Below, one piece after another: positions 19,861-29,430 of a DNA stretch of 64,000 bases (positions are counted from its first letter, which is position 1; every line of letters starts with the position of its first letter). The DNA is from Gaiellales bacterium. GTDB taxonomy: Bacteria > Actinomycetota > Thermoleophilia > Gaiellales > Gaiellaceae. The DNA lies in assembly GCA_038237865.1 (NCBI GenBank), contig JBBRYG010000005.1:113384-177383 (forward strand), read 5' to 3'. The position numbers were made by a program, and so were the translations under genes. Below the pieces are notes generated by a model. That model searched no databases. It worked only from the letters and a program-made list of their open reading frames with translations, and had not been told where the DNA came from.

Positions 19861-20565
19861 CTACGGCGTGACCAACCGGGCGAGCCGAAGGGCGGCGGTC
19901 TTGGCGAGACCGCCCTCGAGGCGGTAGGTGAGGTTCCCTGCATGCCAGAGGAGCACGTCGCCGGCAAGTCGGGTTGCCTGCTCGACCAGATCGCCGTTAG
20001 GGCGTTCATACGTGAGCACATGCGGCCCCCCCGAGAGCCGGATACCGAAATGTCCTTCGACGTCGATCGGTGCGAGCTGCGTCGCCCCCGTGGCGTACTT
20101 CTTCGCGACGCCGACCTGGTCGCCGCTCAGCTCCGTCAGGAGGACGGGCTCACCGCCCGAGAAGAACACGGCGATCAATCCGGGCTGCGCGTAGAACCGT
20201 TGTGGCGGCTCGCCCTTGAGCGGCGGCAGCTGGACTCCGAACCCGGCGATCCGCTCTGCCTCGGTGCGTGTACGCACGGGCCCGAGCCCGGCAGCGAGCG
20301 GACGCTCGCGCGCGGCCGGCAACGTCTCGACCTTCTCGACCGTCGCCGCGCCGAGGTGGAAGAAGCGCAGGATCGCCGACCGCGCCGGCGGGACCGCGAA
20401 GGCGATCCCGAGCGCGACCGCGAGCACGACGAGGGCGGCGATCAGCGCGGGCCGGCGAATCCAGCTCCGCCTGACCCGGGCTCGGACATGCGGCGCCAGA
20501 TCGGGCGTCAGCGGAAGGTCGAGCTCGCGGCCGAGCGCGACGAGTGCCCGCTCGAGCTCAGTCAT
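19861..20565 (-). CDS. putative anti-sigma factor / single-pass membrane protein
   Basis: 234 aa with one TM span, 'PALIAALVVLAVALGIAFAV', after a short cytoplasmic N-terminus. It overlaps the upstream ECF sigma gene by 8 nt. Confidence 0.6.
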   Translation of the reverse strand: MTELERALVALGRELDLPLTPDLAPHVRARVRRSWIRRPALIAALVVLAVALGIAFAVPPARSAILRFFHLGAATVEKVETLPAARERPLAAGLGPVRTRTEAERIAGFGVQLPPLKGEPPQRFYAQPGLIAVFFSGGEPVLLTELSGDQVGVAKKYATGATQLAPIDVEGHFGIRLSGGPHVLTYERPNGDLVEQATRLAGDVLLWHAGNLTYRLEGGLAKTAALRLARLVTP

Positions 20566-21106
20566 ACAGCTCCCGCAGTCGCTCGAGCGCGCGCGACGAC
20601 CGGGATTTCACGGTTCCTCGAGGCAGCCCGAGCGCCTCGGCGGTCTCCTCCTCGGAGAGTTCCGCGAAGTAGCGCAGCGAGATCACCTCGCGCTGATCGT
20701 CGGGCAGCTCGTTGACGGCCTGCAGCAGTCGCGCTCGCTTCTCCTTCGCGAAGAGAGCCGCCTCGGGGGACGAGGCCGCGCCCCCCGAGGGAGTCTCCGC
20801 CGCGGCGCGAAGCACCAGCTGCGCCCGGCGGCCCGTTGAGCGCCGACGGTTCCGCGCCTCGTTCGCGACGATCTGAAGGAGCCACGGCTTGAACGGCGAG
20901 CCCGGGCGGAACCGGCCGAGCGCGCGCCACGCCTTGACGAAGGCGACCTGGGCTGCGTCCTCGGCCTCGGTCGCACCTCCGGCGAGCAGGTAGGCGGTGC
21001 GAAAGGCGATCCCCTGGTACGTGTGCACGAGCTCCTCGTAGGCGTTGCCGTCGCCCCGCTGGGCGCGGGCGATCAGGTCCGATTCGTCGAGTGGACGGCC
21101 CTCCAC
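20558..21106 (-). CDS. ECF-type RNA polymerase sigma-70 family factor
   Basis: 182 aa. Region 2 is 'AEDAAQVAFVKAWRALGRFR...FKPWLLQIVANEARN' and region 4 is 'LPDDQREVISLRYFAELSEEETAEALGLPRGTVKSR'. Confidence 0.9.
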   Translation of the reverse strand: MEGRPLDESDLIARAQRGDGNAYEELVHTYQGIAFRTAYLLAGGATEAEDAAQVAFVKAWRALGRFRPGSPFKPWLLQIVANEARNRRRSTGRRAQLVLRAAAETPSGGAASSPEAALFAKEKRARLLQAVNELPDDQREVISLRYFAELSEEETAEALGLPRGTVKSRSSRALERLRELYD

Positions 21107-21163
21107 TACCAGGGTCCTACATCCGCGGATGCGGAAAGGTTCCCGCCCCGGCGGACAGGGCGG

Positions 21164-23239
21164 CTACGGGCCGACGAAAACGGCCCCGGATCGCGGGTCG
21201 ATATCGACCTTCAGCGTCGTGCCGACAAGGCCGATCTGCCCGCCGCGCAGAGCGTCCGTGAGCGTTGCTCCACCCGGGTAGACGCCCTTGAGTGGAATCG
21301 CAACGCTCGCCGGCGCCGACCCCTTGTTGACGACGACGACGACCGGCTTCTCCGCCCCGCCGCTGCGGAGGAACGCATAAACGCCGTTGTCCGTCTTCGA
21401 CTTCGTCGTGTCGCCGGTTACGAGTGTCTGGAAGGCGCCGGTTCGCAGCGCCGGATTCTGTCGACGAGTCTGCGCCAAGGATCTGTAGTACGCGATCATC
21501 GAGTCGTCGGCCGGCCCGTACACGTCCGGCTCGCCCGTTTCGTCGGCCCACGGATAGGGCGCGCGGTTGTACGGATCGCCCTGGCCGTTCTTGCCGGGAG
21601 CGTCGATCCCCGCCTCGTCGCCGTAATAGACCATCGGCGCGCCGACCCACGTGAACTGGAGCAGGGCCGCCAGCCGCTGGCGTTCCTTCGCAACAGCGAG
21701 CGTGTCCCCCGGCTCGGTCAGGACGAAGAGCGCCCGGTTGGTGTCGTGCGAGTCGAGTAGCGCGAACGAGGAGGCAGTCGCCGCCCGCGGGTAGTCCTCC
21801 ATGATCGCGTGCAGCGAATGGTCGATCTCGCTCGGACGCAGAGCGCGCACGTCCCCGCTCGAGTCGGAGTAGTTCGTCACTCGCGCGAACCCGTCGACGG
21901 CGGTGCGGAAGCGGTAGTTCATGACGCCGTCGAGCTCGTTGCCGACGAGCCACGGCGTCGCGTCCTCCGGCCCCGCGGTGATCTCACCCACGAACGGCGC
22001 GTCCGGGGCATAGCCCTTCACGACCGTGCGGAAGTCGCGCCACCAATCGTGCGGAATCTCGTGCGCGACGTCGAAGCGCCAGCCGTTGGCCCCGCGGGCC
22101 GCCCAGTGGCGGACGACGCTGTCGGGGCCGCGGTAGACGAAGTCCCGCAGCGCCGCGTTCGCGTGGTTCAGCTTCGGAAGCGTGTCGAGGTTCGCGAAGG
22201 CGCTGTAGGAGCGGCACGGGACGTCGCTGCCGGTGATCATGTACCAGTCGCGAAACGGCGAGGTGGGCGACTCGCAGGCGCCGAGCTCCGGGAAGCGGTG
22301 ATAGCGGTCGAAGTAGCGGCTGTCGGAGGAGGTGTGGTTGAAGACGCCGTCGAGGATCAGCCGGATCCCGCGTGAGCGCGCCGCCGCCGAGAGCGCTGCG
22401 AACGCGCCGTCGCCGCCGAGCGCTGCGTCGACGTGCAGGTAGTCGGCGGTGTCGTAGCGGTGGTTCGAGCGCGCCTCGAAGATCGGCGTCAACCAGATCG
22501 CGTCGACGCCGAGGCTCTTCAGGTAGTCGAGCTTCTGCTCGACGCCCGGAAGGTCGCCGCCGAAAAAGTCCCGGTTGAAGAAGCCGGTCGCGCGCGCGTC
22601 CTCGACCGGCTCGTTCCACGTGCCGTGAAGCGTCGCCTGGGGGTCGCCGTAGAAGGTCGGGCAGCCGGTCGTCGAGCCGGGCCGGCAGTAGTCATCCGAG
22701 CGGTCGCCGTTCCGGAAGCGGTCGGCGAAGATCTCGTACACGACGGCCCCCTGGAGCCAGGACGGCGTCGTGAAGCCGGCCGCGTAGACCGTGAGCTGGA
22801 ACCCGTCGGCCCGAAACGGGGTCGCCCTCCCCGTCCCGCCTTTGCGGATGTCCGTGCCGCTGTCGTCGTCGCCGTACCACGACGTCCCGCGTGCGGTCTT
22901 GACGCGGAAGGAGTATTTGAGGATCGATGGCTGCGCCGGCGTCCGGTAGCCGACGGTCCAGAACGCACCGCTCCTGCGCATCCGGATGTCGCGGCGGACG
23001 GTCGGCGCCCCGCCCGGATCGCCGCCCTCGACGTGCAGCGTGACTGAGCGCGCCGCCGCGCCGGTGACGCGCAGCCGCAATGTCACGACGGAGCCGGTCG
23101 TGACGGCGCCACTCGGCGTCCGGTAGGTCGTGCTGAAGCTGTCGTGGAAGAGACGGGTGCGGGCGGCGCCAGCGCTTGGCGCGGCCGACAGCGCGGCGGC
23201 AGCCAGCGTGGCGAGCGCGAACCCGAGCCGAGACCCCAT
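21164..23239 (-). CDS. secreted GH13 alpha-amylase-family glycoside hydrolase
   Basis: Signal peptide 'LATLAAAALSAAPSAGA'. GH13 regions are 'LILDGVFNHTS', 'GWRFDVAHEI', 'FVGEITAG' and 'LLDSHDTNR'. Confidence 0.9.
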   Translation of the reverse strand: MGSRLGFALATLAAAALSAAPSAGAARTRLFHDSFSTTYRTPSGAVTTGSVVTLRLRVTGAAARSVTLHVEGGDPGGAPTVRRDIRMRRSGAFWTVGYRTPAQPSILKYSFRVKTARGTSWYGDDDSGTDIRKGGTGRATPFRADGFQLTVYAAGFTTPSWLQGAVVYEIFADRFRNGDRSDDYCRPGSTTGCPTFYGDPQATLHGTWNEPVEDARATGFFNRDFFGGDLPGVEQKLDYLKSLGVDAIWLTPIFEARSNHRYDTADYLHVDAALGGDGAFAALSAAARSRGIRLILDGVFNHTSSDSRYFDRYHRFPELGACESPTSPFRDWYMITGSDVPCRSYSAFANLDTLPKLNHANAALRDFVYRGPDSVVRHWAARGANGWRFDVAHEIPHDWWRDFRTVVKGYAPDAPFVGEITAGPEDATPWLVGNELDGVMNYRFRTAVDGFARVTNYSDSSGDVRALRPSEIDHSLHAIMEDYPRAATASSFALLDSHDTNRALFVLTEPGDTLAVAKERQRLAALLQFTWVGAPMVYYGDEAGIDAPGKNGQGDPYNRAPYPWADETGEPDVYGPADDSMIAYYRSLAQTRRQNPALRTGAFQTLVTGDTTKSKTDNGVYAFLRSGGAEKPVVVVVNKGSAPASVAIPLKGVYPGGATLTDALRGGQIGLVGTTLKVDIDPRSGAVFVGP

Positions 23240-23263
23240 CTCGGCACGAAGCCTACGCGTCCG

Positions 23264-24088
23264 TCAGGAGCGAATCCAGACGGGCGTCCCCAGCGGGAGG
23301 ATCCGCGCCAGCCGGCGGATCGGACCGTTCGCGAGTCGCACGCAGCCGTGGCTGACGTCTCGCCCCAGCAGCCACGGCTGGTTCGTCCCATGGAGCCCGA
23401 CCCGCCCGTCGCCCCCCGCGAAACGGCGCAGGACGCCCGAGTGAGCGGAGAGGCCGAACGAGTAGGGGCCGTACGAGCCATGCGGGTCATGCGGCTTCAG
23501 CAGCTCGACGACGTAGAAGACACCACGTGGCGTGGGCGTCGAGCTCGTCCCTTCGACGATCGGAAACCGCGCCAGCACGCGACGCCGGCGCCAGAGCTCG
23601 AGGCGATGCTGCCGCAGACGCACGATTACGCGGTAGTGGTTGCGATAGACGCGCACTGCGCGGCGCCGGATCCAGGCCGTTCTCCCGTTCGGCCGGGTCG
23701 GGAGGTACACCTGTAGCCAGCTGCGGCCTTTCCTGCGGACGAGGAAGGTGCGCGGCGTCCCGCGACGGTCGACCCGCCGCAGGATCAGCAGCGGCCGCCG
23801 CGCACCGCGATGCGGGTAGACCCGGAGCCAGCGGGTGCGGACGTGGGCCACGAAGCTCGTCCCGTCCTTCCGCCAGGGCAGGCGCCGCACCGCCTTCGGA
23901 CGAACGGCGGCCGGCGCGCCGCGCGCAGGCCTCGGCAGTGCCCGCGCCGGCTTCGCTGCCGCTGCTCGAGGCTTCTCGGGCGGGGGAGCGTGGCCCCGCG
24001 GCGGGACGGTCCGGGCAGCCGCCGGCCCTGCGGGCATCCCGCAGAGAAGCGCGGCTACCGCCGCGGCGAGCGGCGCTTTAAGCCGCAC
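23264..24088 (-). CDS. L,D-transpeptidase (YkuD family)
   Basis: Signal peptide, then a C-terminal 'VGLHGTNQPWLLGRDVSHGCVRLANG' catalytic His/Cys motif. Confidence 0.85.
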   Translation of the reverse strand: MRLKAPLAAAVAALLCGMPAGPAAARTVPPRGHAPPPEKPRAAAAKPARALPRPARGAPAAVRPKAVRRLPWRKDGTSFVAHVRTRWLRVYPHRGARRPLLILRRVDRRGTPRTFLVRRKGRSWLQVYLPTRPNGRTAWIRRRAVRVYRNHYRVIVRLRQHRLELWRRRRVLARFPIVEGTSSTPTPRGVFYVVELLKPHDPHGSYGPYSFGLSAHSGVLRRFAGGDGRVGLHGTNQPWLLGRDVSHGCVRLANGPIRRLARILPLGTPVWIRS

Positions 24089-24102
24089 GCCCCCGAAGCC
24101 CG

Positions 24103-24447
24103 TCAGCCGGTGACGTTCGGCTCGCCCTTGGTGGCGCCGGCCGCCGGAGCGTCGCCGCCTCCGCCGCCGCCACCCGCGTCGGTGGTCGTCGTGGGTTCGG
24201 TCGTAGTCGAGCCGGTCGTGGTCGTATCGGTGCTCGCCGTCGAGCTCGCCGTCGACGTGGTCGAGTCGGGCGTCGTCGTCGTAATCGTCGTCACGGTCGT
24301 CGTGGTTCCGGTAGTGATCGTGCTGGTGATCGTGGTCGTCGCCTGGCTGCTACTCGGCTCCGCGCCGGCGGTCAGCGCGGCGGTTCCCGCGCCGAGGGCA
24401 AGCAGCACGGCGAACGTCGCGCCGATCCCAAGATTTCTCCATTTCAT
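24103..24447 (-). CDS. secreted Thr-rich low-complexity protein
   Basis: 114 aa. After a signal peptide there are about 70 residues dominated by T/S, then a G7 run. It ends 14 nt upstream of the L,D-transpeptidase gene. Confidence 0.55.
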   Translation of the reverse strand: MKWRNLGIGATFAVLLALGAGTAALTAGAEPSSSQATTTITSTITTGTTTTVTTITTTTPDSTTSTASSTASTDTTTTGSTTTEPTTTTDAGGGGGGGDAPAAGATKGEPNVTG

Positions 24448-24549
24448 TGGCTCCTCCTCGGTCGATTACCCAGAAGAAGCCCTACCCGGCCTCGCCGGAC
24501 TCAACCGTCCAGCTCGCGCGGGTCAGAGCCTGGTCGCCGGGCGCCAGGC

Positions 24550-27500
24550 TCAAAGAACGGCGGCTTCGCCGAGCAGCGCCTTCGCCTCGGCGAAGAAGTC
24601 TGCTGCCGGCTGCACCTTGAACTTGGGACCGAGCACGAGCTGCTTGTCCCCCTCGGCCATGTGCAGGACGAGGTGGAGACGCGAGTCGCCGGGGAACTCC
24701 CTCACGAGCGCGGCCAGGTCGCGGATCACGCCGGCGCGGGCGATGCGCGCATCGATCTTGAGCGTCACGTCGCGCCGTTCGGCGACCGCCTCGAAGCCGG
24801 AAACCTCCAGGGCGATCAACTTCGTCTCTCCTTCCTGCTTGTGGTCGATCCGGCCCTTGACGATCAGGATGCGGTCGGTCACGCAGAGCTCGCGCGCGGA
24901 GGCGTAGGTGGAGTTGAAGACGACGCACTCGGCACCGCCGGTGACGTCGTCGAGCCGCAGGAAGACCATCGGCTCGCCCTTCTTCGTCGTCAGCTGCTTG
25001 ACCGCGGAGACGATCCCGCCGACGGTGACGGTCTCGCCGTCACGACGCCGCTCGAGCTCCGCGAGCGTCGCGTCCGTCTTGCGCCGCAGCTGGTCGCGGA
25101 TCGCATGGAGCGGATGCTCGGAGACGTACACGCCGAGCGTCTCCTTCTCCATCCGCAGCAGCTCGTTCTTGTCCGCGTCCCGCACGGGTACCGACGGGTG
25201 GTGGCGCGGCTTCGTCTCCGCCGCCTCGCTGTCGCCGAGGTCGAAGATCGAGCCTTGCCCGGCGAGCCGGTCGGCCTGCTGGCGCTGGCCCCAGGCGAGC
25301 GCCTGCTCGAGGCACTCCAGCATCCCGAGTCGCGAGTCACCGGCTGAGTCGAGGGCGCCGCACTTGACGAGCGACTCGAGGGCACGCTTGTTCGCGCACT
25401 GCGGATCGACGCGCTCGGTGAAGTCCCAGATCGACGTGAACCGCTCGCCTTCCTCGCGCGCCCGGATGATCGCCTTCGCCGCGGGCTCCCCCACGTTCTT
25501 CACCGCCGAGAGGCCGAAGCGGATCTTCCCTTCGACGACCGCGAAGTCGAGCTGCGACTCGTTCACATCGGGCGGGAGCACCTCGATCCCCATCTCGTCG
25601 CAGGCGTTGACGTAGAAGGGGACTCGGTCCTTGGTGTTCATCACCGACGAGATCAGAGCGGCCATGTACTCGCGCGGGTGGTTCGCCTTCAGCCAGGCGG
25701 TGCGGTAGGCGATCAGCGCGTAGCAGGCGGCGTGGGCCTTGTTGAACGAGTAGTCCTGCGACTGCTCCATGTCCTTCCAGAGTTGCTGGGCGACACCGGG
25801 CGGGACGCCGTTCGCGGCACACCCCTCCAGGAACTTGTCTTTGAGGGACGCCATCAGCTCGTGGATCTTCTTGCCGATCGCCTTGCGGAGCGTCTCCGCC
25901 TCAGCGGGCGAGAAGCCAGCGAGCTCCTTGGCGATCTGCATGTATTGCTCTTGGTATATGCACGTTCCGTATGTGCTTCCCGTGATCGCCTTCAGCCGCT
26001 CATCGATGTACGTGACGGGCTCTTGACCGTTCTTCCGGCGCGCGTAGACGGGGATGTACGCCATCGGCCCGGGCCGGTAGAGCGCGACCAGCGCGACGAG
26101 GTCGTCGAACTCGGTCGGCTTCACCTGGCGGAGCGCGTCGCGCATCCCCGACGACTCGAACTGGAAGACGCCGATCGACTCGGCGCGCGCGAGCATCTCG
26201 TACGTCTTCTTGTCGTCGAGCGGGATCTTGTCGATGTCGAGGCGCCGACCTGGCGGCGCCGCACCGAGGTCGTCCGGGCTTTGCCAGGACGACCGTCCCG
26301 CACCGCCGCCGGCGAGTTCCACGGTTTTGTCGATCACGTCGAGGTTGCGGAGACCGAGAAAGTCGATCTTCAGCAGTCCGAGCTCGACGACGTCCCACAT
26401 GCCGAACTGCGTCACGACCTCCTGGTCAGCGCCCTTCTGCTGGAGCGGGACGACCTCCGTCAGCGGCTGCGCACCGATCACGACCCCGGCGGCGTGGATC
26501 GAGTCCTGGCGGACGAGGCCCTCCAGCGGACGGGCGAGATCGACGATCTCGCGCGCTGTCGCGTCGGCGTCGTATTCCCCCTTCAGCGGCTGGCCGGGTT
26601 TCAGGCACGCGTCGAGGCTCTGGCCGGGCCCTTCCGGGATCAGCTTCGCGATCTTGTCGACGGTGCCGTAGGGGATGTCGAGCACGCGACCCGCGTCGCG
26701 GACGGCGGCCCGTGCCGCCATCGTTCCGAACGTGATGATCTGGGCGACGCGGTCGCGGCCGTACTTCTCGGCCACGTAGTTGATCACCCGGTCGCGGCCG
26801 GCGACGGAGAAGTCGATGTCCATGTCGGGCAGGTCCTTGCGCGCTGGGTTGAGGAAGCGCTCGAACAGGAGCCCGTACCGGATCGGGTCGACGTCGGTGA
26901 TGTTCAGGCAGTAGGCGGCGAGCGAGCCGGCCGAGGAGCCACGGCCGGGGCCGACGCTGACGCCGTTCTGCTTGGCGAAGCGGATGAAGTCCCAGACGAT
27001 CAGGAAGTAGTCCGCGAAGCCCATCTCCTTGATCGTCTTCAGCTCGAAGCGGAGGCGGTCCTGGAGCTCGGGCGTCGAGTGCCCGTAGCGCTTCTCGAGC
27101 CCCTTCTCGCAGAGCTCGACGAGGTAGTCGAAGGAGTCGCGGCCCTCGGGCGTCGGGAACTGCGGCAGAAGGATCCGGCCGAGCTCCATCGTCACGTTGC
27201 AGCGCTCCGCGACCTCGAGCGTGCGCCGCAGTGCCGCGTCGTGGCCGGGGAAGTCGAGCGCCATCTCCTGGGCCGACTTGAAGAAGAACTGGTCGGTGTC
27301 GAACTTCCAATGGTTCGGGTTCTTGAGCGAGTCGCCGGACTGGATGCAGAGCAGCGCCTCGTGCGCGCGCGCGTCCTCGTGGCGGAGGTAGTGGACGTCG
27401 CCGGTCGCGACGAGCGGCAGCCCAGTGCCCTCGGCGAGCTTGGCCAGCAGCGGGTTGATCCGCTGCTGCTGCTCGAGACCGGCGTTCTGCATCTCGACGT

Positions 27501-28005
27501 AGGTCGAGTCCTTGCCGAACACCTGGACGAGCCGGTCGAGGTCGCGGGCGGCGTCGGCGGGGCGGCTCTCCTCGAGCGCCTTGGAGACGCGGCCCGAGAG
27601 ACAGCCGGAGAGAGCGACCAGGCCCTTCGCGTGCGTCTCGAGCAGCTCCCAGTCGACGCGAGGCTTGTAGTAGTAGCCCTCGAGGTAGCCCGCGGAGGAG
27701 AGCTTGATCAGGTTCGCGTAACCCTCGTTCGTCTCGGCGAGGAGCGTCAGGTGCGCGTAGCCCTTCGTCTGCGCCCGCCGGTCGTCGGCGACGTAGACCT
27801 CGCAGCCGATCAGCGGCTTGACGCCCTGCTTGCCGGCCTGCTTGTAGAGCTCGACCGCGCCGGCGAGCGACCCGTGGTCGGTGAGCGCGACCGCCGGCAT
27901 CTCGAACTCGGCCGCGCGGGCGGCGAGCGCGGGAACGCGGCAGGCCCCGTCGAGAATCGAGAACTCGGAGTGGACGTGGAGGTGGACGAACTGCGCTTCA
28001 GCCAT
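24550..28005 (-). CDS. dnaE: DNA polymerase III alpha subunit
   Basis: 1151 aa from the ATG at 28005. PHP motif 'FVHLHVHSEFSILDG'. The polymerase core, OB fold and C-terminal regions are collinear with DnaE. The track ORF start at 28152 is rejected. Confidence 0.97.
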   Translation of the reverse strand: MAEAQFVHLHVHSEFSILDGACRVPALAARAAEFEMPAVALTDHGSLAGAVELYKQAGKQGVKPLIGCEVYVADDRRAQTKGYAHLTLLAETNEGYANLIKLSSAGYLEGYYYKPRVDWELLETHAKGLVALSGCLSGRVSKALEESRPADAARDLDRLVQVFGKDSTYVEMQNAGLEQQQRINPLLAKLAEGTGLPLVATGDVHYLRHEDARAHEALLCIQSGDSLKNPNHWKFDTDQFFFKSAQEMALDFPGHDAALRRTLEVAERCNVTMELGRILLPQFPTPEGRDSFDYLVELCEKGLEKRYGHSTPELQDRLRFELKTIKEMGFADYFLIVWDFIRFAKQNGVSVGPGRGSSAGSLAAYCLNITDVDPIRYGLLFERFLNPARKDLPDMDIDFSVAGRDRVINYVAEKYGRDRVAQIITFGTMAARAAVRDAGRVLDIPYGTVDKIAKLIPEGPGQSLDACLKPGQPLKGEYDADATAREIVDLARPLEGLVRQDSIHAAGVVIGAQPLTEVVPLQQKGADQEVVTQFGMWDVVELGLLKIDFLGLRNLDVIDKTVELAGGGAGRSSWQSPDDLGAAPPGRRLDIDKIPLDDKKTYEMLARAESIGVFQFESSGMRDALRQVKPTEFDDLVALVALYRPGPMAYIPVYARRKNGQEPVTYIDERLKAITGSTYGTCIYQEQYMQIAKELAGFSPAEAETLRKAIGKKIHELMASLKDKFLEGCAANGVPPGVAQQLWKDMEQSQDYSFNKAHAACYALIAYRTAWLKANHPREYMAALISSVMNTKDRVPFYVNACDEMGIEVLPPDVNESQLDFAVVEGKIRFGLSAVKNVGEPAAKAIIRAREEGERFTSIWDFTERVDPQCANKRALESLVKCGALDSAGDSRLGMLECLEQALAWGQRQQADRLAGQGSIFDLGDSEAAETKPRHHPSVPVRDADKNELLRMEKETLGVYVSEHPLHAIRDQLRRKTDATLAELERRRDGETVTVGGIVSAVKQLTTKKGEPMVFLRLDDVTGGAECVVFNSTYASARELCVTDRILIVKGRIDHKQEGETKLIALEVSGFEAVAERRDVTLKIDARIARAGVIRDLAALVREFPGDSRLHLVLHMAEGDKQLVLGPKFKVQPAADFFAEAKALLGEAAVL

Positions 28006-28055
28006 CGGCGGAGGCACAGTGTAGAACCCGCTCCGGAGGTCTCTCTTCCGGCGCC

Positions 28056-28475
28056 TCAGCCGAGCAGCTCGGCGTGCGCCGCCTGCCCTGCGAGGCGGCG
28101 GTCTGAGGTGACGAGGACCGCTCCCGTCGCTTCGGCGAGCACGAGATAGCACGAGTCGTAGACGCTCAGTCCGCGACCAATCGCCGTCAAGAGGGCCGCT
28201 TCGATCAGCGACTCCGCCGGATGGGTGACGAGGGGGAGCGCCCGCAGGCGGCGGAAACCGTCGTTCGCCGAACGGCCCGTAAGGTTGCCCCGCCTCGCGT
28301 ACCGCGCGAGTACGTGGGCCGTCTCGACCCAGACCAGGTCGGGTGCCAGGGCGTGGATTTCACCGTCTCCAATCCGACGGAGCCAGCCACCCGCCTGGTG
28401 GTCCGGATCGAGCAGCCCGTTGAGGAGAACGTTCGCGTCGAGGACTGCCGCGTCAGGGGCCGTGATCCCGGTCAT
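28056..28475 (-). CDS. vapC: PIN-domain toxin (VapC-like)
   Basis: 139 aa. 'AVLDANVLL', 'VYDSCYLVLAE' and 'LVTSDRRL' carry the PIN acidic residues. Confidence 0.85.
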   Translation of the reverse strand: MTGITAPDAAVLDANVLLNGLLDPDHQAGGWLRRIGDGEIHALAPDLVWVETAHVLARYARRGNLTGRSANDGFRRLRALPLVTHPAESLIEAALLTAIGRGLSVYDSCYLVLAEATGAVLVTSDRRLAGQAAHAELLG

Positions 28476-28698
28476 TGCGGAGTAGTTCCTCTGGTCGCGG
28501 CGCGTCGGCCGGGAGTCGGTGTTTTCGTGCGAACGCCTCTATCCGTCTCACCACCCCCTCACCGTCCTGCTCCTGCGCGAGGGTCTCCTGGAGCGCGACG
28601 AGGACTTCCGCGTTGACCGAGCGCCCGTTCCTCGCCGCCCGTTGTCGAAGAGCCGTATAGACCCGTACAGGGACGTTCCGGACGTACAGCGTTGGCAT
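28453..28698 (-). CDS. vapB: VapB/FitA-like ribbon-helix-helix antitoxin
   Basis: 81 aa from the ATG at 28698: 'MPTLYVRNVPVRVYTALRQRAARNGRSVNAEVLVALQE'. It overlaps vapC by 23 nt. Confidence 0.75.
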   Translation of the reverse strand: MPTLYVRNVPVRVYTALRQRAARNGRSVNAEVLVALQETLAQEQDGEGVVRRIEAFARKHRLPADAPRPEELLRNDRDHGP

Positions 28699-28723
28699 CT
28701 CCGTGATGCTAGCAGTTTGCAAG

Positions 28724-29107
28724 CTACGCGAGCTCCCGAGGCGGCCATGGCTGGAAGCCCATCTTGAGGAGATCTCCCTTTGCCTCGGCAGACAGCTGTT
28801 CTCCGAGCTTGCGGACGATCGCCCGGGCAATCCGACTCCGTGGCCCGAGCGCTTCGGCCTCGCGCACCCCCTCCACTGCGTTCGGCACGCCCAGCTCGCG
28901 AGCACGCCGGAGCGCCTGTCGGGCCGGCTGCTCCAGCCCTTCGTCCCAGAGAATCGGAGTCATCGCCCTAATCTGCCCGGTGACCTTGTGCGGGTTGCCC
29001 ATGTCGATCTCCATGCTCACGAAGCTGAGGCAGGCGAGGCAGATCCCGATGTCGTTGACGTCCAGCTCGAGAGCTGCGGCGAGCATGTTGGCCTCGGCGA
29101 CGGTCAT
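28724..29107 (-). CDS. hypothetical protein
   Basis: 127 aa from the ATG at 29107 with balanced composition, 'MTVAEANMLAAALELDVNDIGICLACLSF...'. ATGA overlap with the upstream small ORF. Confidence 0.45.
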   Translation of the reverse strand: MTVAEANMLAAALELDVNDIGICLACLSFVSMEIDMGNPHKVTGQIRAMTPILWDEGLEQPARQALRRARELGVPNAVEGVREAEALGPRSRIARAIVRKLGEQLSAEAKGDLLKMGFQPWPPRELA

Positions 29108-29361
29108 CGCAGCTCCTCCGCGAGTCTCGTCGCGATTGCGGTAGCGAGCTTGTCGGTGCCGCGGCCGCGCCTCCGCCCACTCCGCGATCGAAGCGGTGTG
29201 TCGTCGAGTCTCGGGGCCGGGTGGCCGTTCTCGATCCGGAGCCGCTCGATCGTCTCCGACGCCTGCGCGCGGGTCTGCGGGAACTCCTCGCCCATCCGCT
29301 CGCAGAGCGCCGCGGCGAGCGCATGGACTTGGCGGATCGTTGGCGGGGCTTCTCGTCGCAC
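29104..29361 (-). CDS. small helical protein (possibly DUF3072-like)
   Basis: 'TIRQVHALAAALCERMGEEFPQTRAQASETIERL' resembles the '...GEEF....AS..I..L' pattern (weak, from memory). The start is uncertain: GTG at 29361 or ATG at 29295. Confidence 0.3.
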   Translation of the reverse strand: MRREAPPTIRQVHALAAALCERMGEEFPQTRAQASETIERLRIENGHPAPRLDDTPLRSRSGRRRGRGTDKLATAIATRLAEELR

Positions 29362-29430
29362 TCGTCCATCGAAGCAGCGCGTCCGACGATGCGCATCGTC
29401 CCAAATGTGCCGACTCTGTAAAACGGATCG

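Noticed and set aside
24150-24360. A repetitive GTC/GTG/GGT-rich DNA stretch that could be mistaken for a tandem repeat or CRISPR-like array.
   Set aside because: There is no repeat-spacer periodicity. It is the codon-level signature of the Thr-rich low-complexity protein on the minus strand.
25678-28149. An 823-aa plus-strand ORF opposite dnaE. Similar cases are 39706..41400 opposite hsdR, 44526..45941 opposite hsdM, 33760..35118 and 35254..36516 opposite the helicase, and 62155..63795 / 62325..63572 near the window end.
   Set aside because: All are mirror-strand or alternative-frame artefacts of strongly supported CDSs, with Arg/Asp/Val/Leu-biased composition and no motifs.
28006-28152. 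5' extensions of track ORFs: dnaE to 28152, aroA to 12117, hsdR to 41700, hsdM to 46046, scpA to 18780, the DUF3352 gene to 6495, the HD gene to 52917, and the bicupin to 62769.
   Set aside because: The extensions are Arg-rich and overlap upstream genes. Canonical family N-termini begin at internal ATG/GTG codons that also give tidy 4-nt overlaps or short gaps.
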